From: Sumerlaeia bacterium
GTDB taxonomy: Bacteria > Sumerlaeota > Sumerlaeia > SLMS01 > JAHLLQ01
Direction of reading: 5' to 3'
Length of the DNA stretch: 64,000 nt
Assembly (NCBI GenBank): GCA_040219255.1
Contig: JAVJSW010000033.1
Coordinates: forward strand, 12,675-76,674
Below the pieces are notes generated by a model that was not told the origin of the DNA, ran no database searches, and worked only from the letters and a program-made list of their open reading frames with translations. How positions within the stretch are numbered: the first letter of the stretch is position 1; the number at the start of each line of letters is the position of its first letter. A program made the position numbers and the translations under genes. Of this stretch, positions 9,146 through 18,618 are shown piece after piece.

Positions 9146-12106
9146 ATGACATCACGCCGTTTCATTGCCGTGGGGGGAGGGATAGTGCTCCTGCTCGCTT
9201 TTGGTTTCCTGGGGTGGCGCGTTTCTGCTCCGCAGCCCAGCCCCCTCGCAGAAGAGCCCGCCTCCTCGGTACCGGTCCAGCTAAGCCCTGTCCAGACTGG
9301 CCTCGCAGAAGCCTCTCCGCGCGGCGCGACCGCCAACTTGGCAGAGGGTTCCGACTCGCACGCCACCACTCCCGCCACCCAAACCCCCATCCCCAGCTTC
9401 GGCAGCCTGCGCGACCGGGCGGATCGGTTGGGGGTGGGGCCGTTCACGGGGCCGTGGTGGATGGAGGGGGAGCTGAAGCGGGCCATGCGGGATTTCCGGG
9501 GGCTGGACTGCGAGGCCATGACGATCACCGGGCGCGTGGTGCTTCAGGGGTCGGGCGAGGGCGTGGCGGACGTGAAGGTGTCTCTGAGCCGGTACAGCCA
9601 GGCCCTGGACTTTGACGATCCAGCCAAGACCGCGATCACCGACGAGAACGGCCTGTTCGTCAAGGTCTTGGAGGGTATTCCCAAGGACTTCACGAGCATT
9701 TCCTACCAGATCCAGCCGCCCGCCGGTTACCTGCGTCCGAGTGTGCAATTTCGCACTCCAGGCAGGAATCCGTACAGCGTAAGCGTCGCCGATTGCGCGG
9801 GGGAGGTGACGATCGAGCTGTTGCCAACGGCGATTCTTCGGGGGCGAGTCCTCGAACCCGACGGCGTGACGCCTGCCGTGGGAGCGAATCTTGAGATCTT
9901 CACATCCCAGAACAACCACCGTTACCTTTTCTATGGGAACCAGATCACGTCGGATGCGGCGGGGCGGTTTGAGATTTCCTCGCCGCCCCACGACATCGTG
10001 CGGCTCAGCACGTCGCACGAGCTTGGCCATGCGTCCGCTTCGGTGACTGCTCCGGGCATCGGTGAACGTTCCGCCGAGGTGGAGATCGTCCTCGTTGCGG
10101 AGGCGGCCGTCCGGGGCCGGGTCATGACGCCGGACGGAGCGCCGATGGAGGGCGTTCGTCTCTACTCCAGTGCGCGCGTCCCCACGGTCAGTGGCTACAC
10201 GACTTCCAGCGAGGGCTCGGAGACATCGGATGAGAACGGCGAGTTCTTCCTGGAGGACCTTCCCGCCGGCCGGCTGATCGAAATCGGGGTTCGGCAATCC
10301 GATTTGCGAGGCACTGCCTCGTTGACGGCGCTCGCGCCGCCGGAGCCGATTCAACTGACCCTGGAACCCAGAGAAGTGCGCGAGGGCATTGAGCTCCGTT
10401 TCCAGGAGGGGGACATCATCCGGGGGGTTGTGCTGGATGCCTTGACCGACGAGCCGCTCGCGGGGGCCTATGTGACCATTGGGCCATCCACGACGAGCAC
10501 CGACACCGAAGGCCAGTTCGAAGTGGGCGGGCTGACGCCTGGACAGACGTGGGAGGCGTTTGTTCGCACGGACGGCTATGAAAGTTTGAGGCAGGAAAAC
10601 ATCACCTTCCTGGGCGGCCCGGTGACACTTCGCATGGAACCGCGCCGGGAGTTTCATCTGACGGTGGTGGACAGCGAGGGGCGCGCTATCGAGCGCTTTT
10701 TCTGCAAGCGCGCCGACACCCGGTGGTCTGGCGCCTTTGTTCAGTCAGAGGGCCCTTATCCCATCCCTTTGAGCCCGGCCTTAACAGCGCTGACCGTTTC
10801 CGTACAGAAGGTGAATGATCAGAACGTCCCCATCGGTCCGCTGGTGAAGAAAACCTTCGACCTGACCGCCATGCCCGAATGGCGCGGCGAAATCGTGATC
10901 GATGATTCGCAGCCCCTGCAAATGGGCCGCATCCAAGGCCATGTTATTGCGAATGAAGCGATATGGCCCACCGACGCCGTGGGAGTGGTGGGGGCCGAGG
11001 TGTTCTTCATCGCGGATAGTTCGAAGTTTCTCGAACCTCAGACGCGCGACCCCGGCTTCAACCCGCCGCCCGCCATCACGGGGCCGGAGGGCGAGTACGC
11101 CTTTGAGGACGTGCCGGTGGGGACGCATTACCTGATGGCGAGAAAGGACGGACGCGAGACGCTCAGCTACCTTGCGGTGGTCGTCGCTGAAGGCGAAACG
11201 GCGACACCCCAATGGCTGATCCTGGGGGAAGCGGCGGTTCTCTTTGGGCAAGTGATTCTGCCCGGTGGATCGCCCCTCGCGGACTCGCACCTCTCGCTTT
11301 GGTTGAGCTACGGCGGAAGCTATTCGCCCCGTCCGCCCAACAGAACCACCCGAACCGACGCCCAAGGGCGCTTCCGATTCGACAACCTCGCGGCGCCCAG
11401 CCACGGTCGCCTCGAAATCATCGACGACCGCATTCCCAACAACCAAGTCCGATTTTCGTTGGAGCTCGGCGAGGAGAAGGAATTGGATCTGGATTTCTCG
11501 GGCGGGGTCACGGTTTCTGGACGGGTTCAGTTCACCGGCGACAGCGACTATCGGCCTCGGAACTTTTCCTTCGATAGCCAGGATTCGAAGACCGATTCCC
11601 GGAAGGTGGACCTCAAGCGCGACGGCTCCTTCAAGACCGAGTTGCGGCCCGGGACCTACGATGTGCACTTTCGCGATGAAGCGTTTGGGCAATCGCATTC
11701 CGTCCACACGTTTCAGATTCGGGATGGTGAACCACAGACGGAACTCAACTTGGAGGTTGGTTACTTCGATGCGATTGCGCTGCTACTGCCGCCTCCGGGT
11801 GGCGAGACTCCCGGAGGCACAACCCAGTTCCAGTTCTTGGACCAAGGTACTTGGTACTGCCAGCGCAAAGTCTGCGATTTCGCTCCGGGAAGCACCGTCA
11901 TGGCGTTTCCAGGGCAAGTTTCAGGCGTGGTGATGAGGATTCGCCATCCGACCGATCCCGATAGGAGCGGGAGGGCCTATCTCGCCAGCGAATGGCTGGA
12001 CGTCGGTCCGGACCGGGAGAATGCGTTGATCCTGGATTTTGGCTCCGAGCCAGTCACTCACCAAGACTTGGAGGAGTCTCTGAGTCAGCGCCGCGCCGCC
12101 CAATAA
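9146..12106 (+). CDS. Large membrane-anchored protein with carboxypeptidase-regulatory-like repeats (paralog B)
   Basis: Collinear with paralog A (GRVLEPDGVT, EAA.RGRV, FF.EDLPA, LEP.EVREG, GRIQG, GAEVFF, FNPP, LDFG). Confidence 0.8.
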   Translation: MTSRRFIAVGGGIVLLLAFGFLGWRVSAPQPSPLAEEPASSVPVQLSPVQTGLAEASPRGATANLAEGSDSHATTPATQTPIPSFGSLRDRADRLGVGPFTGPWWMEGELKRAMRDFRGLDCEAMTITGRVVLQGSGEGVADVKVSLSRYSQALDFDDPAKTAITDENGLFVKVLEGIPKDFTSISYQIQPPAGYLRPSVQFRTPGRNPYSVSVADCAGEVTIELLPTAILRGRVLEPDGVTPAVGANLEIFTSQNNHRYLFYGNQITSDAAGRFEISSPPHDIVRLSTSHELGHASASVTAPGIGERSAEVEIVLVAEAAVRGRVMTPDGAPMEGVRLYSSARVPTVSGYTTSSEGSETSDENGEFFLEDLPAGRLIEIGVRQSDLRGTASLTALAPPEPIQLTLEPREVREGIELRFQEGDIIRGVVLDALTDEPLAGAYVTIGPSTTSTDTEGQFEVGGLTPGQTWEAFVRTDGYESLRQENITFLGGPVTLRMEPRREFHLTVVDSEGRAIERFFCKRADTRWSGAFVQSEGPYPIPLSPALTALTVSVQKVNDQNVPIGPLVKKTFDLTAMPEWRGEIVIDDSQPLQMGRIQGHVIANEAIWPTDAVGVVGAEVFFIADSSKFLEPQTRDPGFNPPPAITGPEGEYAFEDVPVGTHYLMARKDGRETLSYLAVVVAEGETATPQWLILGEAAVLFGQVILPGGSPLADSHLSLWLSYGGSYSPRPPNRTTRTDAQGRFRFDNLAAPSHGRLEIIDDRIPNNQVRFSLELGEEKELDLDFSGGVTVSGRVQFTGDSDYRPRNFSFDSQDSKTDSRKVDLKRDGSFKTELRPGTYDVHFRDEAFGQSHSVHTFQIRDGEPQTELNLEVGYFDAIALLLPPPGGETPGGTTQFQFLDQGTWYCQRKVCDFAPGSTVMAFPGQVSGVVMRIRHPTDPDRSGRAYLASEWLDVGPDRENALILDFGSEPVTHQDLEESLSQRRAAQ

Positions 12107-12968
12107 CCCCCCGCAACGCCTCCGCGTCCCGCGCCAGGTAGGGGCCGGGGATGAGCACGCGGCGGTCGGTGAGGAGTTCGAGGCGGCTGTCCCGCACGGC
12201 GGGGAGCATGGGGAGGCGGCTCCAGGCGCGGCGGAGTTCCTGGCGCGTCTCCGTCGTGTCGGCGTCGGCGATTTCGACGATGATGCCGGGACGCAGGCCG
12301 ATCAGGCCTTCGCGCGAATAGGTGGGCCAGAGGCCGTCGTCCGGGCCGGCGGCGTTGGTTCCGCCGGCGGCCTCGATCAGTTCGGCGATGTAGGTGCCCG
12401 ATCCGGCGGCGTAGAGGTTGCGTAGGCTGCCCCGGTCGCGGCCGACGACAAAGAGCACGCGGGGGCGTTCTTCGCCGGGGGCGTTGGCCGCGGCCATTTC
12501 GGCGAGGGCGGCGCGGTCGGCTTCCACCAGGGCGCGGGCCTGAACTTCGCGGCCGAGGGCGTCGCCAAGGGCCTGGATCGTCGCGTGGATTTCCGCGATG
12601 GTGTCGCAGCTTTCCAGCACCACGACCTGGGTGCCGGAGCGCCGTTGGAAGAACTCGATGACTTTGTGATTCGTCGGCGTGGCGACGACGGCGCTGGGCC
12701 GGGCGGCGAGCATCGCTTCCAGATTGGGCTCGAAGAGGTTGCCGTACTTCGGCTTGTTCTGGGCTTCGGGGGGGAACTGGCAGTACTCGGAAACGCCGAT
12801 GACTTGATCGCCAAGTCCCAGGGCGTAAAGCATCTGGGTGCCATTCGGGGCACAGGAGATGATGCGCAGCGTTTCGGTCGTCGCAGCCCGAGCGACAGTG
12901 GCGAGGCTGAGCCAGAGCACGGCTGCGACGGCGCTCCAGAAAATCCGGGATGCTTCGCGTTTACGCAT
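12054..12968 (-). CDS. ABC substrate-binding protein, helical-backbone metal receptor (BtuF-like)
   Basis: RIISCAPNGTQMLYALGLGDQVIGVSEYCQFP; signal peptide; IPGP motif near the C-terminus. Confidence 0.85.
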   Translation of the reverse strand: MRKREASRIFWSAVAAVLWLSLATVARAATTETLRIISCAPNGTQMLYALGLGDQVIGVSEYCQFPPEAQNKPKYGNLFEPNLEAMLAARPSAVVATPTNHKVIEFFQRRSGTQVVVLESCDTIAEIHATIQALGDALGREVQARALVEADRAALAEMAAANAPGEERPRVLFVVGRDRGSLRNLYAAGSGTYIAELIEAAGGTNAAGPDDGLWPTYSREGLIGLRPGIIVEIADADTTETRQELRRAWSRLPMLPAVRDSRLELLTDRRVLIPGPYLARDAEALRGVIGRRGADSETPPSLGE

Positions 12969-12985
12969 CGTTCGTCCTTTTCGGG

Positions 12986-14326
12986 TTACGTCACCGGCGG
13001 GTGTACCATCGAACCGGCATAGCGGGGATTTGCGATGGCGGTGTCGAGCAGCAAGCCAAGAAGGGCCTGGCTCTCGAAAAATCGCGTGAAGGTCGAGTGA
13101 TGGACGAAGTACTGTTCGACGTTGCGCACGGCTTCGCGGACGCATTCTTCGTCGGGGGCGTCGAGGCCCTTGTTGATCGCGTGGGCCACCAGGTACCACC
13201 GCACCAGCGCGAAATGCAGCAGCATGAACCGATGCGCCGCCCAGACGCTTTCGCTCAGCAGCAGGTCCTTACGGAACAGCACGTGGCGGAAGTACCGCGT
13301 CAGGAGCCGGTCGGCGTAGGTTCCGGGCGAGAGGTCGAGATGCACGCGGCGGAAGTCCCCGTAGCCGAAGCGGCCCTCGAGCGGTTGCAGCTTGATCTTA
13401 CCGAAGCGCGAGGCGTGGGCGGCGTAGCGCGTCAGGATGTACCAGAGAGCGCGGGCGCGGCTGGCATCGCGGCCCAGAGCCTGGCGGAACGTCGTCATCA
13501 GGCCGAGGAACGCGCGATGGAGCGACGGCGCGCTGCGCGCCCGGGCGCCAAGGGCGAAGCACTTCTCCCAACCGCTCGCGCCATAGCGTGCCACCAGAGC
13601 CTCGGCCAGCGCCTCGTCCGTGGCGCGGCGGGCGGCGTCGCGCTCGCCGATGTTCAGGGACGCCCCGGCGCGTTCGTCGCGGGCCGCTTCGAAGGCCCGC
13701 ACCACGATGTCGAGGAAGGCCGACTGGGCCAGCAGGCGCTCGGTCAGGGGGCGTTCGGCCACGGCCATGATGGCGTCCAGGGCGTCCTCGATCGCCGCGT
13801 AGGCGGCGAAGTCGATCGGCAACGGCCGCGTCAGGCGCGGGCGATCCATATCGCTGCGAACGTGGACACTGTCGCGGTAGTTGGCGGCCAGCTCGGCGCG
13901 GCGGTCGGCGCTGGCCACGGGGCGGCCTTCGTCCTGCAGGACCGCGGTACAGGCGAAACTGAGACCGACGTACACGCCGCTGGGGGTTTCGGAGTAGCGG
14001 AAGGGAAAGTCCAGGCAGTTCTGCGGTTTGGCCTCGGGCCCGTGCTTCGAGTGCAGCGCGCAAAGGCGGTCCTTGGTCAGGAAAACGCACTCGCATCCCT
14101 TGCGGCGGATCACCGTCTGGCCGGGGGTAAAGGGGCTGTCGGCAAAGGCCGGGCCCGGCGGGGCGTCTTCGGGCAGTGCGGCTTGCAGGTCAAAGGCCCG
14201 CAGGCGCTCGACGCTCGCGCCGTCCACGGGAACTTCCCAGAAATCCGTGCAGCCGCGGCCGCAGCGGACGCAGTCGTAGCGGAGGTTGGCTGGCAGATGA
14301 AAGTCCTGTGGCAAATCCCGATTCAT
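12986..14326 (-). CDS. YkgJ/FliB-like cysteine-cluster protein
   Basis: CVRCGRGC...CVFL...CALH...KPQNCLDFP...LSFAC pattern. Confidence 0.75.
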   Translation of the reverse strand: MNRDLPQDFHLPANLRYDCVRCGRGCTDFWEVPVDGASVERLRAFDLQAALPEDAPPGPAFADSPFTPGQTVIRRKGCECVFLTKDRLCALHSKHGPEAKPQNCLDFPFRYSETPSGVYVGLSFACTAVLQDEGRPVASADRRAELAANYRDSVHVRSDMDRPRLTRPLPIDFAAYAAIEDALDAIMAVAERPLTERLLAQSAFLDIVVRAFEAARDERAGASLNIGERDAARRATDEALAEALVARYGASGWEKCFALGARARSAPSLHRAFLGLMTTFRQALGRDASRARALWYILTRYAAHASRFGKIKLQPLEGRFGYGDFRRVHLDLSPGTYADRLLTRYFRHVLFRKDLLLSESVWAAHRFMLLHFALVRWYLVAHAINKGLDAPDEECVREAVRNVEQYFVHHSTFTRFFESQALLGLLLDTAIANPRYAGSMVHPPVT

Positions 14327-14392
14327 GACGCGGCGTCCTCCCCGCAGGGAAGTGAAGGGCGCGGGGCGCGGGCCGTCAACCGGTCAGGAAGA

Positions 14393-14476
14393 GCCGCAGA
14401 TGAATCGGATGAACAAGATATCGGGGCAGCGCGGCTGTCGCGGGACAAAATCCTATTTATCCCATTCATCTGCGGC
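14393..14476. repeat. 26-bp imperfect inverted repeat (intergenic stem-loop / MITE-like element)
   Basis: GCCGCAGATGAATCGGATGAACAAGA pairs with TCCTATTTATCCCATTCATCTGCGGC, with 4 mismatches. Confidence 0.7.
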
Positions 14477-14479
14477 CAA

Positions 14480-15583
14480 TTACTTCATCGCCATGGTTCG
14501 CGTCAGGACTTCGATGCCTTCCAGGACGCGGCCGGTGCCTTCGACGATGGCGGTTTCCGGGTTGGTGCAGAGGTACACGGGCAGGCGCGTTTCGCGGGCG
14601 ATGACTTCCGGCAGGCCGCGAAGCTGGCTCGAACCGCCGGCCATGCAGATGCCGCGCTCGACGATGTCGCCGGCGAGTTCCGGCGGGGTCTTCTCCAGCG
14701 TCAGCTTGACCGCGTTGATGATCGTGGAAATCGGCTCCCAGAGCGCGTCGCGCACTTCCTGGCTGTGGATGTCGATGATGCGCGGCAGACCCGTCATCAG
14801 ATCGCGGCCCTTGATTTCCATCAGCAGTTCCTCCACCAGAGGCTCCGCGCTGCCGATGTGGATTTTGATGTCCTCGGCCGTTCGCGGGCCGATCATCAGG
14901 TTGTATTTACGCTTCACGTGCTGGATGATGGCGTCGTCCATGGCGTCGCCGGCACACCGCACCGACTCGCTCTCCACGATGGCGCCCAGGCTGACCACCG
15001 CCACTTCCGTGGTGCCGCCACCGATGTCGATCACCATGCTGCCGATGGCTTCGTTGACATGCAGGCGCTTGTCCAGCCGGCGGCGGAGTTGCTTGCGGGT
15101 CTCCTCCGGCAGGTCCTCTTGCTTGGGCAGGCGGGCGCCGATGGCGGCGGCCATCGGCTCCTCGATCAGGATCACGCTGCGGGCGCCGGCCATCAGGGCG
15201 CTTTCCTTCACCGCGCGGCGCTCCACGGCGGTGATGCCGGTGGGGACGCTGACCACGACGCGGGGGCGGATGAAATGCCGGTGGCCGCGGCCTTCGAGGA
15301 CGCGGCGGATGAAGTAGGAGAGCATCTCCTGGGTGACGTCGAAATCGGCGATCACGCCGTCCTTCATGGGCCGGATGGCGGTGATGGAGCCGGGCGTGCG
15401 GCCGAGCATTTTCTTGGCCTCGGACCCGACGGCGACGACGTCGCCCGCTTCGTTGATGGCGACCACGGAGGGTTCGGTCAGGACGATGCCCTCGCCCTTC
15501 ACATAGACGAGGGAGTTGGCCGTACCGAGGTCGATACCGATATCGATGTGAAAATAATCAACGAGGTTCTGGAGGGCGAGCAT
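14480..15583 (-). CDS. mreB: Rod shape-determining protein MreB, with a 22-aa insertion
   Basis: IGIDLGTAN, IRPMKDGVIADF, EEPMAAAIGA, DIGGGTTEVA, LEKTPPELAGDI. Confidence 0.95.
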   Translation of the reverse strand: MLALQNLVDYFHIDIGIDLGTANSLVYVKGEGIVLTEPSVVAINEAGDVVAVGSEAKKMLGRTPGSITAIRPMKDGVIADFDVTQEMLSYFIRRVLEGRGHRHFIRPRVVVSVPTGITAVERRAVKESALMAGARSVILIEEPMAAAIGARLPKQEDLPEETRKQLRRRLDKRLHVNEAIGSMVIDIGGGTTEVAVVSLGAIVESESVRCAGDAMDDAIIQHVKRKYNLMIGPRTAEDIKIHIGSAEPLVEELLMEIKGRDLMTGLPRIIDIHSQEVRDALWEPISTIINAVKLTLEKTPPELAGDIVERGICMAGGSSQLRGLPEVIARETRLPVYLCTNPETAIVEGTGRVLEGIEVLTRTMAMK

Positions 15584-16058
15584 TTTGGGAGCGGTCCTGC
15601 GGGGCGGTTCTCGGGAGCGGAAGCATCAGGGCAACGGGAGCAGCGAAAAGGAACAGACGAGGGGACATTCAGCGCGGAACCGGCGGCTGGGAACTCGGGG
15701 AACTCATGGGAAGTGAGGGGGCGAGACCGGCGGAATTTCGATGAATTTCTCGTCTAGCGAACGAAGGCAGGCCTGGGGCAACACCGTCAAGATGAAATCG
15801 AGGGGATTTTCGGGATTTTGAAAATCTTGGAGCGTCCCCGGATTTCGAGGGGGCAACGATTCCGCGAAAACCAGGGCCCATCACCCACCACACAAATTCG
15901 CGGGGAATTCAGCAGGTGGGCCTCATTTTCTTCAGGTGGCTCGCGCTCAGTTCCTAGAGAGGCTCCCTGGCCTATGCCGCTTCGCCATGGGCGAGCGAGG
16001 ACGAGGAAGCGGATGCGATTTCCCTTCTTGATCGTCCAAGGCCCGAGTCCTCGGATCC

Positions 16059-16838
16059 TTAGTCATTGAGTCCGAACACGTCCTCCAGCTCCTTTTGGTC
16101 CGATTTTTCTCGCTCCTCTGGCGTCATCGCGTCGAGTATGTCCTGATCCACGCTCTCCTCTTCGGATGGTTCCATCTTGGGATCCAGGTTGAGTCGGCTG
16201 AAATCCACGAAACCCAGGCCGAAATCAGATGCGCTCTCAGCTTGAAGTGCCCTCATATACTTGGCGATGCAGCGCTGAGAGAGCACGTCGAAATCCACCA
16301 AACCAGATGCTTTGTCGAAGAAGCCTTGCCAGAAGCGGACTTGTTCGGCTGTCGAGTTGAAGCCGCTGGCGGCAGAGACGGATAAGGCACAGTCGGCCTT
16401 GATAAGCTCCTCAAGCAGTCGCTGTGGGATTGGCTCCAAGGAGGTCAGGAAAAGGCGCTCGCATTTCGCGGTAAACGGCTCGAGCAGCTCAGCAAAGGCT
16501 TTGAAGGTAAACCCAGTGCTTCCAACGCTCAAATAATCCCAGTCAACATCGTTGAGGTTGATGAAAAGGTAGGGGTACTGACTGGCCTTGTATTCGGCGA
16601 AGGCGTACTTGAGTCCCTTGGCGTAGTACACGGCCCGGAAGGGACGAAAGCGATCCCCCACGGAGTCGCATATCGTCTCTGCCACACAAAGCGCCTTAGG
16701 GCCGTCAGGGTTGAGTAGGTCGAAGAAGAAGGTGCGGGTCGAGTACAGGGACTCGTGTCCGGTCAGGGGGCAGAGCTTGTCTCTCTGCTCAGCCTGTTCT
16801 TGCAGCTCAGCGATAAGAGCCCAGTATTGAATGTTCAT
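16059..16838 (-). CDS. Hypothetical protein, lower GC, acidic C-terminus
   Basis: Open frame from MNIQYW with an AAGGAG SD upstream; no recognisable motif. Confidence 0.65.
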   Translation of the reverse strand: MNIQYWALIAELQEQAEQRDKLCPLTGHESLYSTRTFFFDLLNPDGPKALCVAETICDSVGDRFRPFRAVYYAKGLKYAFAEYKASQYPYLFINLNDVDWDYLSVGSTGFTFKAFAELLEPFTAKCERLFLTSLEPIPQRLLEELIKADCALSVSAASGFNSTAEQVRFWQGFFDKASGLVDFDVLSQRCIAKYMRALQAESASDFGLGFVDFSRLNLDPKMEPSEEESVDQDILDAMTPEEREKSDQKELEDVFGLND

Positions 16839-17194
16839 GGAACACTCCTTATGTGGTATGGTCCTTCGATGGGACTCGCCAGGAGTCCCACACGGAGGAT
16901 GCCATGTCAAGGAGGTAAACGTACTTTTCTGATGGGGTCGCATCGAAGTCCCGGAATTGTCGCCCTAGATCGAGTATAAGTCTAACAAAATCAACTATGG
17001 AAACCACGAACGAGGGCGCCATTCGAGTACTTCATCGAGTGGATTAGGTAATGCAAAGTTGTGATGAGATCCAAATACAAATAAACCGGATAAAGTTTTA
17101 GAAAATTGTGGTCAAGAAAAAGTCCTTGAAAAAGAATGTCTGGGAAAAAGGATTCAATCGCTGGCTTGAAAACTATAACGCCTTGAAAGAATCA

Positions 17195-17382
17195 AGCGGT
17201 TGGAGAATCCCTTCCAAAGTTCAAAAAGCTGAGATTTACCGCGCTCGTTCTGATCGTGCGTGACTCTTCAGCGGCAAAACTAAGAAATTTTGTCAGAACT
17301 TAGCGGTTGAAGAAACCCCTCCCAAATCCAAAATTCGTGAGTTTTCGGCGCTTTTTTAAACTTCGCGCGTAATTTTTCCGCG
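17195..17382. repeat. About 80-bp imperfect direct repeat, two copies 107 bp apart, in an AT-rich intergenic region
   Basis: AGCGGTTGGAGAATCCCTTCCAAAGTTCAAAA... at 17195 versus AGCGGTTGAAGAAACCCCTCCCAAATCCAAAA... at 17302. Confidence 0.65.
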
Positions 17383-17457
17383 ATTCCAAACTTTCCTGAG
17401 AAGAAAAAAATCTCCCAACTTTCCAGATTGGCGCCGTGGGGGGATGTGTCTTAGGGA

Positions 17458-18618
17458 TTGGAGCGTGGGCCGGTCAAAGGGCCCGGAACCTTGTCGCCCC
17501 GGTGGTTGAGCTTGTTCGTGCATCCGATTTTTTCGTTACCGTTTCGCGCCGTTTGTGTGGCGTTCCTCGTGGCGTTGTCCCTGGGGGCGGCGGGGGTCGG
17601 GGCGGCGACGTTGTCGCCTCGCGAGGCGCTGACCGGGGGGCTGCGGGTGACGGCGGTGGTGGATGTGTTCGATCCGGTGGCTTACGAGGCGCTGCTCGAT
17701 TCGTCGGGAGCCGAGGAGCCGGGGGGGCTGTTCGCTCTCCTGTCGGACCAGGAAAGCAGCCTTACCGAACCGCTGGCGGAAGCCCGCGTGCCGGTGATTT
17801 CTCAGTTCGAGGTGGAGGCTTATTTTCTAGACGGGCGGATCGTGGCCATCACGGGGACCGGCGACGATGGGGCGGAGGTGGTGACGCTGAACGAGAAGGC
17901 GCAAGTCCTGCGCACGGCGTCCACGTTGACGCCGGACGCCCCGTTCGCCCCGGCGGTGGCGAGCGAACACAGCGCCCGGGTGCTGGCGTCGCCGGGCCTG
18001 GGTCATCTGTGGGTCAAGTGGATGATGGACGAGGCGGCCACCACGGGGACCGAGCGCGCCGCCGCCGAGACGCCGGTAACGACGCCGGTGCCCGACGCCG
18101 GCGGGCGTCTGCCGGCGCTGCGCGAACCGCGCGGCCGCGACCGCGTCCAGCGCGTGCTCACGTTGGGAAAGGACGGCCTGCCGCGGCACCTGACGTATTC
18201 GGAAACGAGCGAGGAGGGAACGGTGCTGGCCCGCGAACTGGTGGCGTTCCTCGAACCGGACGAGGACGATTTTTTCGGGCTGCCTTATCAGGTTCAAACG
18301 ATCCGCCGCGAGCGCACGGAGGAAGGCCTTCAGACAGTCTTTGTGGCGCTGGCGACGATGGAAGTGATGGAAACGATCGATCCGCGGCTCGACCCCACCG
18401 CGCTCTTCGAGCGTCTCCGGACCCAGGGCGAACCAGACCTGGGGATGCAGTCGGCGTCGCCACTCTCGGGCGAAATCGCCCCTCGCGTGCTCCAGCCACC
18501 GGTGCTGATCCAGGACGATCCGCGCGGCAAAGGCGGCGTGACCAAGCTGGCCTTTATCATCGTGCTGTGCGTGGTGGTGCTGATCGTGGGGATCCGGGTG
18601 ATTCTGGCGGTGCGCTAA
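17458..18618 (+). CDS. Hypothetical exported protein with C-terminal membrane anchor (start uncertain)
   Basis: Hydrophobic N-terminal segment; C-terminal LAFIIVLCVVVLIVGIRVILAVR; host-like codon usage. Confidence 0.7.
   Translation: MERGPVKGPGTLSPRWLSLFVHPIFSLPFRAVCVAFLVALSLGAAGVGAATLSPREALTGGLRVTAVVDVFDPVAYEALLDSSGAEEPGGLFALLSDQESSLTEPLAEARVPVISQFEVEAYFLDGRIVAITGTGDDGAEVVTLNEKAQVLRTASTLTPDAPFAPAVASEHSARVLASPGLGHLWVKWMMDEAATTGTERAAAETPVTTPVPDAGGRLPALREPRGRDRVQRVLTLGKDGLPRHLTYSETSEEGTVLARELVAFLEPDEDDFFGLPYQVQTIRRERTEEGLQTVFVALATMEVMETIDPRLDPTALFERLRTQGEPDLGMQSASPLSGEIAPRVLQPPVLIQDDPRGKGGVTKLAFIIVLCVVVLIVGIRVILAVR

Noticed and set aside
12950-15757. 935-aa plus-strand ORF
   Set aside because: Antisense shadow of mreB and the YkgJ-like gene; a typical high-GC artefact with no motifs.
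16980-17435. Replication origin or CRISPR array
   Set aside because: No TTATCCACA-type boxes or dnaA nearby; only two long diverged repeats, no repeat-spacer periodicity and no cas genes.
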